Part shown: piece by piece, positions 12,295 to 26,570 of the stretch | Position numbering within the stretch: the stretch's first letter is position 1 | Layout: each line of letters opens with the position of its first letter | From: Octopus vulgaris | Taxonomy: Eukaryota | DNA: 64,000 nt | Assembly (NCBI GenBank): GCA_951406725.2 | Contig: OX597821.1 | Span: 33,790,001 to 33,854,000 of the forward strand | Direction of reading: 5' to 3' | The notes under the pieces: model-generated | The model's database searches: none | What the model was told of the DNA's origin: nothing | Seen by the model: the letters and a program-made list of their open reading frames with translations, nothing else | Made by a program: the position numbers and the translations under genes

Positions 12295-12638
12295 CTATCA
12301 CTATGACCCGCCGTCTTAGTGCTAGTGCATGCATATACAGCGCTCATACACGCGAGTACTGTCCAAATCTCCGACCAATCACATACAACTAGCTGGCATT
12401 CAGTTGCCGTATCAAGTTCCGGGTATTTTGATTGGGTTTTGGATAAAGAATTCACAAAAAAGTCACTTCTATTGATTTTTAATGGCTTTGCGGGGTGGCT
12501 GGGGAAATGTAAAGATGTGCACGACCACCTTTGGACGGTTTTGAATGACCATAGAAAGTGCGAGCTCTCTAACTGAAAAATTGTGGATTTGTATAAAGGA
12601 CACACACACAGACATTTTGCCGTTAATATATAGGGAGA
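12295..12638 (-). mobile_element. Non-autonomous Helitron-like element
   Basis: Reverse-complement homologue of 54026-54394; 5' TC start and decayed 3' CTAG. Confidence 0.7.
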
Positions 12639-14031
12639 TAATTAGACAATGTTTTGTTTTATGATACTGAAGTCGATTAAGATCGAAATGGTAGAATTAA
12701 AGTAAAATTATGTTCAGTTGTACTGAATTAAACTCAGCAATGAATTGAAACTGGAAATAATGTTTTTCCTTGAATCTGAAAGTTTATTTCGAAATTGTTT
12801 ATGCATGGAGGAAATGCATAAAAGGAGTTTGTCCTTTTCACAAGAAGCCCCTGTGAGAATTGTAGATGATATCCTTGGGGAGCTGACTGAAAAGAATTGT
12901 CGCATGGGATATTTGTATTAAGCATTGAAAGTGCCATTTTCTTGTGTCGCTGAAATTAATTCATAATTCAGCAGTATGCTGTAATGAAGCGATGTGTTTC
13001 ATGAGTCACCACACATTACCTTGTGAAGATTATGCATTGATGGGGAGTAGTTATATGCTGTTGACAGTATTATCATATTTCTTATATTTTAATTTATATT
13101 ATTACGGGAAAAAAAAAAGGGTAAAGTAAATCAAAAACATTTCACAAAAATTCGGATTTCACAATTATCAATTTCTGACACCAAGTTTGCCTCTCATTCC
13201 TTTTAAAAAAACAATTCTTTCACTTTTATTTCAATGCCGAATTTCTAGAAAATTGTGACTTCTGCTGACTTTAGCAGTTTCACTTTCTGGATCATAAAAC
13301 GAAACATTGCTTCAGATTATTTTAACGCTGTTTAATGTGACTGAGTTCATGCTAATGGTCAGGCTAATATGTAGTATTTTAAAGCAAAAGACTTGATCAT
13401 TGATGCACGGATTTTATTTCGGTTTTTATTTTATCATGTTCTCCAGTATTTCAAATTCTCTGTTTTTAATCATTGTTAATGAAAGACAAAATGGTTAGCA
13501 CAAGTATTATCCTTGAGGTTGGATTATACTATAATTAAATATTCACAGCAGCTTGCGATCTTGTCTGAATAAACCTGAAGTTCGTCTGATCAGCATTTCA
13601 GATAACTGGGTTTTGACTTCCCAAGTTCAAGTCTCTCTTTCAATCCTTTTTTGTTTCTTGTTCCTCCTCCCACTTTCCTTCTTTCTCCTTCCCTTTTCTT
13701 TCTCCTACTCCTCCTCTTTCCCTCTTTTTCCTTTTCCATACCCTCCTTCCTCTCTTTCTTACCTTCTTCCCATCCTCACTCTTACTTTCCACCTTATCTC
13801 CCTCTCTTTCGTTGCCCACCTCTCACTCATGTATCAATACACATCCAATTTTCTCCCACTCTCTCTCTCTCTTACTCTACCACATCTCTCCTGACTTCCT
13901 CTCTGCCCTTCTCTCTCATTCTTTCTTTCTCTCTCTCTCTCTGATTATACATCTTTCTCTTTCTTACAGCTCTTTTTTTTATTCTCCTTTTCTCATTTAT
14001 AACATCTCTATCTTTCACATAACCCTCCAAT

Positions 14032-14062
<31 letters not shown>

Positions 14063-14095
14063 ACACCCTGCTCCTTCCACTGTATATCTTGCTTT

Positions 14096-14518
14096 GGATC
14101 TTTTCATTTTGAACAGCAGTTTTTAACATAATTTCTAGGTAACTAAAAAATTTTAAACTTCGTATACTGGTAGAGAATGTTGTTTATAAAACATCTTTTT
14201 CTCTTGGCTTTATTGAGAAAATTCTATAGATTGTAAGATATTTGTTGTTTTTTTTCTTCAATTTCTGCAATTTCAACCAATCAGTGACGTCCATTGAGGT
14301 AAAAAAAACATTCTGTGCCATATGAATATGTCCCTTGTTTAAGAAACAGATTGGGTTTATTTACATTTGTGAAGAAAAAAAAGATACCCTTCCCCCCACC
14401 TCTAATCCTAACCCTAAAACAGGTTGAAATGCAATAGATCGATACTAGGGTCGTAATTATGGGTGACAATTTCATATGACACCGCTAGAAAAAACTGCCG
14501 TTCAAACCGAAAAGATTC
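14096..14518. mobile_element. GGATC-TIR MITE (Merlin-like), second full copy
   Basis: Same TIRs as 2832-3219; TSD CTTGCTTT/CTTGCCTT. Confidence 0.88.
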
Positions 14519-14769
14519 CTTGCCTTGGACACTTCTCCCACTCTGTGTCACTTTTTCACTACACCTTCCATGTTTCCTCTTAATCCTGTTACCTTTCTGT
14601 TACTTTCTCTCCCACCCACTCTTATCCTACCTCCCTTTCATACATTTATTCTTTCGCATCTAAGCCTGCTTTTCCTTCCTTCCTTCCTTTCGCTTTCTTT
14701 TCATCTCTTACTCCCATTCTTACTTTTTGTTCTTTTCTTTCTTTCCTTTCTCTCTTTCGTTCTGTTTTG

Positions 14770-15130
14770 TTATTTCCTTTCTTACCTTTCCCCCTTCCTT
14801 TCTTACCTTTCCTTCTTCCTTTCTTACCTTTCCTTCTTCCTTTCTTACCTTTCCTCCTTCCTTTCTTACCTTTCCTTCTTCCTTTCTTACCTTCCCCGTT
14901 CCTTTCTTACCTTTCCTTCTTCCTTTCTTACCTTTCCTTCTTCCTTTCTTACCTTTCCTCCTTCCTTTCTTACCTTTCCTTCTTCCTTTCTTACCTTTCC
15001 CCCTTCCTTTCTTACCTTTCATTCTTCCTTTCTTACCTTTCCTTCTTCCTTTCTTACCTTTCCTTCTTCCTTTCTTACCTTTCCTTCTTCCTTTCTTACC
15101 TTTCCTTCTTCCTTTCTTACCTTTCCCCCT
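14770..15130. repeat. 21-bp pyrimidine-rich minisatellite (TTTCCTTCTTCCTTTCTTACC)n
   Basis: About 17 tandem copies are visible. Confidence 0.9.
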
Positions 15131-15809
15131 TTCCTCCTTCCTTTCTTTCCGTTTCTCTTACTTTCATTCTTACTTATATGTTCTTTCCTTTCTTCTGTCT
15201 TTCTCATTCTTTCCTTCCTTCTTTCATTCACTTTATTGTTCATTCTTTTGCTCTTTTTTCCTTTTTCTCCTTCCTTTCTTATTTCTCTCCCTTATTCCTT
15301 AGTTTTCCAGTATTTTCTCTCTCTGCCTCATTGTTCTCTTGCTCAAACAACTCTTATTGCTCTCTCTCTCTCTCATAATCTCATCCTCTCTATCTCATAC
15401 CTCTCACTCTTACCTCTACCTTTTTTTATCACCCTTCATCCCATCCCATCCCATCCATTCTCTTCCCTCACCAACCTGTCTCTCACATCCTTCCCTGTCA
15501 GTTTCATTTCCATTTAGTGCCACAATAAATTTGTTGTCTGAAACAGGAGACAAATTTGATTAAAACTATTTCTTTTTTCACATAATTATGCCTTCTGGAC
15601 AACACCCACCTAAAAAAAACTCTAGCATGCCAATCACAGACAGGAACAGACAAACAAACTGGAAGAAAAAATTTTACAAAATAGAAATCATAACATACTG
15701 GAAACTGCTTCAAGTGATTCACCCCTACTAGAAAGACTTTCCAAACTCATATGGAACAAATTGGACGTATTAGATGGCATCAAAATTTCATGACAAATTC
15801 TGGGACTTG

Positions 15810-16010
15810 TGCCAGCTTTTAGGAAGAGATTAATAAAATTCATCCTCTGTTTAGTGGAGATATAATTCATGAACAGGTGCTTGCATGGCTGTGTGGTCTC
15901 AGGTTCAATACCACTGCACTGTCAGCTTTGATGTCTTCTGCTAACCAATGCCTTGTGACTGAATTTGTTTGATAGAAACTGTAGAAGCCCATTGTATGCA
16001 TGTATATACA

Positions 16011-16080
<70 letters not shown>

Positions 16081-16260
16081 TATATGTATGTGTATATATA
16101 TATGTGTGTGTGTGTATGTATATATATATGTGTGTGTGTGTGTGCATATATATGTGTGTGTGTGTATATATATATGTGTGTGTGTATATATATATGTATG
16201 TGTGTGTATATATATATGTGTGTGTGTGTATATATATATGTGTGTGTGTGTATATATATA

Positions 16261-16305
<45 letters not shown>

Positions 16306-16510
16306 GCATACAATGGGCTTCTACACAGTTTCTATCAAACAAATTCAGTCACAAGGCATTGGCTAGTCTGGGCTGTAGCAGAAGACATCAAAGCTGACAG
16401 TGCAATGGTATTGAACCTGAGACCACACAGCCATGCAAGCACCTGTTCATGAATTATATCTCCACTAAACAGAGGATGAATTTTATTAATCTCTTCCTAA
16501 AAGCTGGCAT
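15810..16510. repeat. Inverted duplication of a SINE fragment plus flanking DNA around a TA/TG microsatellite
   Basis: 15810-16005 is the reverse complement of 16300-16510, including non-SINE flank (GGAAGAGATTAATAAAATTCATCCTCTG). Confidence 0.85.
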
Positions 16511-16554
<44 letters not shown>

Positions 16555-16556
<2 letters not shown>

Positions 16557-16836
16557 CAATTGCAGCGTGGAAGGTGTTTATAAGCCATTTAAGAAACACA
16601 CAAAAGCCGTTCGATTCACTTCAACATTTGTTTCATTTGTCAAAATATTTTCGTCGCTAAAATCCGCAACCTGTTCACTGACAAAAATCCGTGCTGCATC
16701 GGATTTTCGTCAGTGAACAGGTCGCAGATTTTAGCGACGAAAATATTTTGACAAATGAAACAAATGTTGAAGTGAATCGAACGGCTTTTGTGTGTTTCTT
16801 AAATGGCTTATAAACACCTTCCACGCTGCAATTGTT
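16555..16836. repeat. (TA)n-flanked near-perfect foldback (~135-bp arms) with hammerhead-like motifs (G3-C8 variant)
   Basis: Arms mirror around 16691-16699; plus arm reads GTCA-GTGAACA-G-GTCGC..GCGAC-GAAA-ATAT-TT-TGAC. Confidence 0.75.
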
Positions 16837-16891
16837 TTCGTTTCAGCACACGATCTCAGATCAAATTGCTTGCTATGCGAGTACATCTCCG

Positions 16892-16935
<44 letters not shown>

Positions 16936-17726
16936 CTATATATACACACACACACACACATATATCAATAATAAATAAAATATATATACATGCATATATG
17001 GGTACAGCATGTCACCAACAGTGCAAATTTCCTTTCTCTCTCTCTCTCTCTCTCTTTTCCCCCTGCTTTCCCTTTCTCTCTCTCTCTCATTGCTCACATG
17101 TGACCATCATCCATTTTTTCCTGCAGGGATGTTTAAACAGAGGTGTTTTTCTCTTATGAAAAAAAAAAATGCTTCTCCCAGCTTCCACTATTTGCCACGT
17201 GTTCTGATCCAATGACCCTCCATGTTTCTTTACATTCGGTTTCCTTGTTTGCTCAGAGAGTGTTACCACTAGAATGAGAATAGTTACGCAAAGTTCAGAA
17301 AGCTTCTACCCCTACTGGTGACAAAGGGCCTCTCGCTCAGAGTGAAAGGTAGATTGTATGATGCATGTGTGTGAACTGCCATCAGTAAGTGTGAATGTTA
17401 AATGTTAAATACTTCATTCATATATCAATATACATATATACTTCATTTATAAATTACCTTCAATAAATTAGCCATCATAAAGCTCACCATTAAAATGCCA
17501 CGCCGAGTCAGAGTACCTTCTCGCCAACCTCCGCAAACCTCTCTCGCCAACCTCCAACAATCTCTCCCTCCTCCAGCTGACAGATTTTTGTACTTTTCCA
17601 CGGTGCAAAATACACCTTTTGTGGCAGTTATAACGAAATTGCTTTCTTATATCGGAGTAATAAGGCGTTTCAATAGAACATATTTACCCCCCGGAATTAC
17701 CGGGTACACCAGCTAGTATATATAAA

Positions 17727-17974
17727 TGCCTCCGTGCCGGTGACACATAAAAAGCACCATCCGATCATGGCCGTTTGCCAGCCTCGTCTGGCACCTGCAC
17801 AGGTGGCACGTAAAAAGCACCCACTACACTCACAGAGTGGTTGGCGTTAGGAAGGGCATCCAGCTGTAGAAACACTGCTAGATCAGACTGGGCTAGGCGC
17901 AGCCTTCTGGCTTCCCAGACCCCAGTTGAACCGAACCCATGCTAGCATGGAAAACGGACGTTAAACGATGATGA

Positions 17975-17977
<3 letters not shown>
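17727..17977 (+). mobile_element. 5'-truncated RTE LINE 3' end
   Basis: GGTGGCACGTAAAAAGCACCCACTAC...GGACGTTAAACGATGATGATGAT. Confidence 0.8.
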
Positions 17978-18007
<30 letters not shown>

Positions 18008-18853
18008 GGGCTTTTGCTCATTCCAAATCCACATACAAGGTATTGGTTGGCGTAGGGTTATAGTAGAGGTAATTTCTTCAAGTGCCATGCAATGAGATTG
18101 AACCTCAAGCTATACGATTGCAAAGCAAGCTTCTTAATTACACAACCATGGCAGTGCTGCTACCTAAAATTAAAAGAAAAAATAGTAAAACAGAAAAAAA
18201 AAAATTAAACAACAAACGAACATCACTTCTGTACATCTTTGATCACAGATTTCCTTGGTGGATCAAGGCTGATTTCAGTATAACCAAAATTTAAAAAAAA
18301 GCCAAACAATGACAAATATAGCTAAAGCAGCAGTAGTAGTAGCAGCAGCAGCAGCAGCTCTAACAATAACATCAGCATCCAGGTTGTTTTGTATATTATA
18401 TATTTCTAATTCTATTTCTTCACACCAAATCTTTTGGCAGTGTGAAATCTAAGCCTTGAGCAAGTTTCTGATTCAGAATTCTTGATAAGCTATTGAAAAT
18501 TCCTGCAGCAGTTGTCTAAATTCTTAGTATTCATTATAAAGCATTGGGAAAACTTAATTTGATTTTGAAAAGCCTATAAAATAAATATCACAAGCTAACC
18601 AAACTAACCATAAATCTATTGGGTATAAATAAATACACATATATACATGCATATAGATTTGTTATAAGCATGTATGCCCGTATATGTAAGTATGTATGTG
18701 TATATGTAAGCAAATCATATTCCATACACATGTATATGAGAAACAAATACACACATATGATACAATATATATCTATCTTGTGTGTGTGTAACTAATAGTT
18801 GCAATAAAATTTATGGTTAATGCACCATGTGAACAGAGTTAAGCATCTGTGCG

Positions 18854-18885
<32 letters not shown>

Positions 18886-18986
18886 AATTATCTGTCTATC
18901 CAAATGAGTGCTGTATATGTGTACAGTGAGATACCTAGAGCATACATCTAGATATAGATTCACAGATGCTCACAAACATAGCCACA

Positions 18987-19044
<58 letters not shown>

Positions 19045-19259
19045 TATATATATGTATGTATGCATATGTGTGTGTGTGTGTATGTATGCATATATATGTG
19101 TGTATGTATGTATATATGTGAGTGTATGTATGTATATATGTGCGTGTATGTATGTGTGTGTGTGTGTATATATAATATATGTATATGTATGTATGTATAT
19201 CATTATACATACATACATACATAGGTGTACCCCAACAATGCTAGGGGTTTAAGGGCTGA

Positions 19260-19397
19260 AATATATGTATGTGTATACATGTATGTGTGTGTGTGTGCAT
19301 ATATATATATGTATATATGTATATGTATGTATATGTATGTATATATGTATATGTATGTATATATGTATATGTATGTATATATGTATATGTATGTATG

Positions 19398-19438
<41 letters not shown>

Positions 19439-20085
19439 GTATGTATATGTATGTATACGTATGTATATATATGTATGTATGTATGTATATGTATGTATAC
19501 GTATGTATGTATATGTATGTATACGTATGTATATATATGTATGTATATGTATGTATACGTATGTATATATATGTATGTGTATGTATATATATGTATGTAT
19601 GTATGTATATATATGTATATACACATATATATATGTATGTATGTATGTATATATATGTATATACATACATATATGTATATATATATATATATATGTATGT
19701 GTATGTATGTATGTATGTGTATGTATGTATATGTATGTGTATGTATGTATATATATGTATATGTATGTATGTATATATATGTATATGTATGTATGTATAT
19801 GTATGTATGTATATGTATGTATATGTATGTGTATGTATGTATATATATGTATATGTATGTATGTATATGTATGTATGTATATATGTATGTATATATATGT
19901 ATAAATGTATGTATATATATGTATATATATGTATATATATATGTATATATATGTATATGTATGTATATATATATATGTACATATATGTATGTATATATAT
20001 GTATATATGTATATATATGTACATATATGTATGTGTATATATGTATATGTATGTATATATATGTATATATATATGTATATATATG

Positions 20086-20118
<33 letters not shown>

Positions 20119-20272
20119 GTATATATGTATATATATATGTATATGTATGTATATATATATATATGTATATGTATGTATATATATATATATATATGTATGT
20201 ATATATATATATATATGTATATGTATGTATATATATATATACATATATGTATGTATATATATATATATGTAC

Positions 20273-20306
<34 letters not shown>

Positions 20307-21178
20307 GTACATATATGTATGTATATATATATATGTACATATATGTATGTATATATATATATGTACATATATGTATGTATATATATATATGTACATATAT
20401 GTATGTATATATATATATGTACATATATGTATGTATATATATATATGTACATATATGTATGTATATATATATATGTACATATATGTATGTATATATATAT
20501 ATATGTACATATATGTATGTATATATATATATGTACATATATGTATGTATATATATATATGTACATATATGTATGTATATATATATATGTACATATATGT
20601 ATGTATTATATATATGTATATATATATATGTATATATATGTATGTATTATATATATGTATATATATATATATATGTATATATATGTATGTATTATATATA
20701 TGTATATATATATATATGTATATATATGTATGTATTATATATATGCATGTATGTATGTATGTATGAATATATATATATATGTATGTATTATATATATGCA
20801 TGTATGTATGTATGTATGAATATATATATATATGTATGAATATATATATATATGTATGTATGTGTATATATGTATGTATATATATGTATGTATGTGTATA
20901 TATATATATGTATGTATGTGTATATATATATATGTATGTATGTGTATATATATATATGTATGTGTATATATGTATATATATGTATGTACGTGTATATATG
21001 TATATATATGTATGTATGTGTATATATGTATATATATGTATGTATGTGTATATATGTATATATATGTATGTATGTGTATATATGTATATATATGTATGTA
21101 TGTGTATATATGTATGTATATGTATGTATGTGTATATATGTATGTATATGTATGTATGTGTATATATGTATGTATATG

Positions 21179-21219
<41 letters not shown>

Positions 21220-21244
21220 GTATGTATATATATGTATATATATG

Positions 21245-21289
<45 letters not shown>

Positions 21290-22146
21290 GTATGTATATG
21301 TATGTATGTATGTATATGTATGTATGTGTATATATGTATGTATGTGTATGTATGTATGTACGTATGTGTATATATATATGTACGTATGTGTATATATATG
21401 TATGTTTGTATGTATATGTATGTATGTATATGTATGTATGTATATATATGTATGTATGTATATATATGTATGTATGTATGTATATATGTATGTATGTATA
21501 TATGTATGTATATACGTATGTATGTATATACGTATGTATGTATATACGTATGTATGTATATACGTATGTATGTATATACGTATGTATGTATATACGTATG
21601 TATGTATATACGTATGTATGTATATACGTATGTATGTATATACGTATGTATATATATATGTATGTATGTATATATATATATATGTATGTATATATATATA
21701 TATGTATATATATATATGTATGTATATATATATATATGTATGTATATATATATATATATGTATGTATACATATATGTATGTATACATATATGTATGTATA
21801 CATATATGTATATATATATATGTATATATACATATATGTATATATATATATATATGTATACATATATGTATACATATATGTATGTATATATATGCATGTG
21901 TATATATATGTATACATATATGTATGTATATATATATGTATACATATATGTATGTATATATATATGTATACATATATGTATGTATATATATGCATGTATA
22001 CATATATGTATGTATATATATGCATGTATATATATATGTATACATATATGTATGTATATATATGCATGTATATATGTATGTATATATATGCATGTATATA
22101 TGTATGTATATATATGCATGTATATATGTATGTATATATATGCATG

Positions 22147-22182
<36 letters not shown>

Positions 22183-22200
22183 TATATGTATGTATATGTA
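19260..22200. repeat. ~3-kb compound TA/TATG microsatellite
   Basis: Almost purely TA, TG and TATG units with local higher-order repeats. Confidence 0.95.
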
Positions 22201-23569
22201 ATGTGAGAGAAAAAGAGAGAAGGGGCGAGAGAGAGAGAGAGTGAGTTAGGTGGAGGCAAAGATAATGATTAATTCCAATATTTCTCTATTTCAAGTGGAT
22301 GATGTTAGTTTTTGCCTGAAGGCTGCAGTTTTTCATTATTCTAACATTGCTGTGTTAATGGTGTTTGAATTGTTCTCTTTGTAGATGTTTAGTCTTTCCA
22401 CCTGGCACAGAGTGGCAGTAGGAACCTGTTCTTGTTATTGATGCTCTTGTTCTTGTCATTTCACATGTTGTTGTCATTGCGAGGAAAGAATGAGAATATC
22501 TCGATAGTTTTACCTCCTTTTAACTGGTTTAAGTTATTGGATAATAGCAGTACTAGGACACTACTTTCTGGAGTATCAAAAATTCTTTCTTTCTATGGCA
22601 GTGGTTTTCAAATGGGGTCCATATGGCCCTTGATGATCCATATAAGGTGTTTGGGGATCCACACTACAAAATAGTAAATTGGTGATCCACAATGGTGTTT
22701 TAAGGGCCCCTGAAAAAAATTTTGTTTTAGGTGTATGTATGGTGATGATGGTCATGATGGTGACCGACAATAGTCATGGTGTTAGTAACGGTGATTGCGA
22801 CAATGAGAACAGTGATGCTGTTGCAACCAATGACGGTGGTGGCGATGGGACAGTGACGACAATGACGACGACGATGGCGATGATGATGATGATGTTGGTG
22901 ATCATGATTGTTTTCTTCCTGCTTATAATTAGGCAATGCTCAAGATGTTCCCATTCATTAAGAACGAGCTGAAAATTTTCCACTGCAATCACATCTAAAT
23001 CACATTAGCGATATTTTCAGCAACATTCATCCATCCATCCCTCGAGAAGAGATTTGCGAACAATGGCTCAATGGTTGTGGATCCATAATGGAAAACACAT
23101 TTACAGATTCAGTCAGATGCACAAAACGGTTGCTATAGAAACAGTTTACCATTTCTCTTGGCCACTTTCTTATCAAATCTGAAGACTTATTCCTCTTTTT
23201 GCTTGTTTTGTGATTTTATTGTTATTTAAGCTGTTTACTGTTTGTTGTTTATATAACACACATATGGATATTCACAATATATGCATATAAATACACATAC
23301 ATACATAGACATAGGTATATATATATATATGTGTGTGTATATGCTTTTACTTGTTCCAGTCATTTGACTGTGGCCATGCTGGAGTACCATCTTAAAGGGT
23401 ATTAGTTGAAGAAATTGACCCCCTTTGTAAGCCTTATACTTATACTATTGGTATCTTTTGTCAAATTGCTAAGTTACAGGGATGTAAACACACCAACATT
23501 GGTTATTAAGTGATGGTGAGGGGACAAATACAGACACAAAACACACACACATCAATATATACATATATA

Positions 23570-24395
23570 ATCATCATTGTTTAATGTCCGCTTTCCATGC
23601 TAGCATGGGTTGGACGATTTGACTGAGGACTGGAGAACCAGATGGCTGCACCAGGCTCCAATCAAATCTGGCAGTGTTTCTACAGCTGGATGCCCTTCCT
23701 AATGCCAACCACTCCAAGAGTATAGTGGGTGCTTATACGTGCCACCGGCACGAGTGCCAGTCAGGTGGTACTGGCAATGGCCATGCTCAAATGGTGCTTT
23801 TTATGTGCGACCTGCACGGGAGCCAGTCCAGCGGCACTAGCAACAACCTCGCTCAAATGTTTTTTTCCTGTGCCACCAGCACAATTGCTAGTAAGGCGAT
23901 GCTGGTAACAATCATGCTTGAATGGTGCTTTTTACATGCCACCGGCATGGAAGCCAGTTTGCTGCTCTGGTAACAACCACACTCGGATGGTGCTCTAAGC
24001 ACTCCACTAGCATAGATGCCAGTCATCGAATTTGATTTCGATTTCACTTGCTTCAACAGGTCTTTGCAAGCAGAGTTTAGTGTCCAGTGAAGGAAAGGTA
24101 TGCACAAGTTGGCTGGTTACACCCCTAGCATAGGCCATGAGGTTATGGTCTCACTTGGCTTGCCGGGTCTTCTCAAGCACAGGATATTTCCAAAGGTCCC
24201 AGTCACTAGTCATTGCCTTGGTGAGGCCTAATGTTCGAAGGTCATGCTTCACCACCTCATCCCAGATCTTCCTGGGTCTACCTCTTCCACAGGTCCCTCA
24301 ACCACACTTTTTCACACAGCTATCCTCATCCATTCTCGCCACATGACCATACCAGCGCAGTCATCTCTCTTGCACACCACATCTGATACTTCTTA
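23570..24395 (-). mobile_element. 5'-truncated RTE LINE (ORF C-terminus plus 3' UTR)
   Basis: 24150-24390 is homologous to the RTE ORF end at 36580-36840; 3' UTR motifs and CAT tail present. Confidence 0.8.
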
Positions 24396-25606
24396 GGTCC
24401 AACATATCTATTATATAAAATCTGTTCTGGCTGTCTGTGTGTGTGTCTTCTAGGATCTCGGGCATCCCCCATCCGATTGTGCTCAAATTTGATATGTAGA
24501 TACCGACGGTATCTGGGCATGTATAAGTCTTGAAAAAATTACAAAAATTGATTCCAGGTGAGAATGCGATCAATAAAGCCGATGAAGCCAAATAAAATCG
24601 TTTTTCTTTGGAATAGAAAAAAAGTCTATCTTTATTTCTTCTTTTGCTGATATCTCAAATTTAGGTTAAATCAGTGTTTCTCAAAGGGGAGGCCTATGGG
24701 ACGGTCGGACAAGTTGTTTTGAGAAAATTTGGTTTAAATGTTTGACAACTCAGCACCGTCCATTGGACTGGGGGTGTTTTGCTCATATATATATATATAT
24801 ATACGGTGGGCTTCTTTCAGTTTCCATGTACCAAATCCACTCACAAGGCTTTGGTCGGCCCTAGGCTATAGTGGAAGACACTGCCCATGGTGCCATGCAG
24901 TGGGACTGAACCTGGAACCATGTGGTTGGTAAGCAAGCTACTTACTACACAGCAACTCCTGCACCTATGTATAGGGAAAAAAATATATCCTGGATATACT
25001 GTGGGATACTTAACCTCATCCTGTTGCATGGTGTGCCACAGCATACAGGTTGCAGTATACGAGTTGTGACATACCCATTGCGGCATACCAGTTGTGGCAT
25101 ACCAGTTGTGGCATAGTGGTTGTGACATGCTGGTTGTGTGCCACAGCAGACTGGTTGTAGAGCACTGATATAACTGACACTCCATTGGCTATATTGACAA
25201 GCGTTCCAGTTAATCTGATCAATGGAACATACACACGTACATTTAATATAGTTCTTGGAGAGATACAGTATTACTAAGGCTGGCATTTTGTAATACAGGT
25301 ACAACTTCTTTTTGCCAACTAAGTGAACTGGAGTAACATGAAATAAAGTGCCTTGCTCAAGGGTACAACATGCTACCTGGTATTGAACTCACTACCTTAT
25401 GATTGTGGGCAGAATACCCTAACCACTAAGCCACATGCTTAGGGATTCACTGAATCGTATACAGTTAGTATCAGTCAGCTCCTCTTGACTTCTGCTGATG
25501 ATAACAAATGATGCTGAAGTCCACCAGCCAGGTGTTTTGAACAAATTATAGTTAGAAGCCAGTAACAATTTTCTTTACCAGGTTTTTTTTTTTTTGTCAG
25601 CATTTA

Positions 25607-26119
25607 CCGTAAAACCTCGAGTATAGTCCACCCTTGAGTATAATACACAGGGGATTTTTAGGGGGCTGTACCCCTGAAAAACCTAAACCTTGTGTATAAT
25701 ACGCACCCCTTCTCTAACATGAGTCAAGGAGGTTTATATAACATCCTTGGTTTGTAAAAATGTATACAGTGACGTCCTTTATTATTATTGTACATATAAC
25801 ATAATGCAAACATGTAGCTTTTTTGTGCATTTTGTTTGCAGAAAATAAAGAAATAACAGTAATAACATTTAATAAATGCTGCTTATAGCAAGTTATGGAT
25901 GATTCTTTTATGACTTCATTGCTTTCAGGCTTAGCTTAAGGTATTTTCACACCCGACATCACAAAATGCATCTGAATAAACATTGCCAGACAGCAAATAG
26001 AGACTCCAGACATTGCTTAGAAAATAATTTTCCTTTTTAACCTTGTATATTGTACGCACTAGGGATTTTGACCTTTAAATTTTGGGAAAAAAATGCGGAT
26101 TATACTAGAGGATTTACGG
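25607..26119. mobile_element. Tc1/pogo-type MITE
   Basis: TA|CCGTAAAACCTCGAGTATA ... TATACTAGAGGATTTACGG|TA. Confidence 0.75.
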
Positions 26120-26207
26120 TACTATTAGACATTGTAAATGAATGTCTTGTGGGGATCTCCATGTAGCTTGGAAGTGAATTATTGATTTTATAGGATAAAC
26201 ATACTAA

Positions 26208-26570
26208 AGGTGCAAACATGGGTGTACAGTTAAGAAGGCTGCTTTCCAACCATGTGGTCTCGGGTTCAGTTCCACTATGCAACACCTTGGGCAAATGTCT
26301 TCTACTATGACCCCAAGCAGAGCAAAGCCTTGTGAATAGATTTGGTAGATGGAAACTGAAAGAAGCCCACTGTATGTGTTTGTGTGTGTATATACATGAG
26401 TGTGTCTTTGTGTCTCTGTCCCCCCTCACCACTTGACCAATGTTGGTGTCTTTACATTCCTATAACTTAGCAGTTTGGTAAAAGAAATGGATAAAATAAG
26501 TACCAGGCTTTAGAAAACAGTTCTGGGGTCGATTCATTCAACTAAAAATTCTTCAAGGCAGTGTACCAGC
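26208..26570 (+). mobile_element. SINE family A (diverged)
   Basis: Head, GGATTTGGTAGATGGAAACTGAAAGAAGCCC-like body and tail. Confidence 0.75.

Noticed and set aside
12760-12921. Short plus-strand ORF (MFFLESESLFRN...GYLY)
   Set aside because: About 53 aa with no recognisable domain and no clear splice signals.
14525-15517. 330-aa F/L/S/P-rich 'membrane protein' ORF
   Set aside because: It is a translation of a 21-bp pyrimidine minisatellite and CT-rich low-complexity DNA.
19203-22259. 1018-aa and other long Y/I/H/T/C/V/M-rich ORFs (also around 15900, 32600, 34600 and 40200)
   Set aside because: They are translations of TA/TG/CA microsatellites that lack stop codons, open in many frames on both strands.
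23129-23142. RFX X-box-like motif GTTGCTATAGAAAC
   Set aside because: A single degenerate match with no associated promoter or gene evidence.
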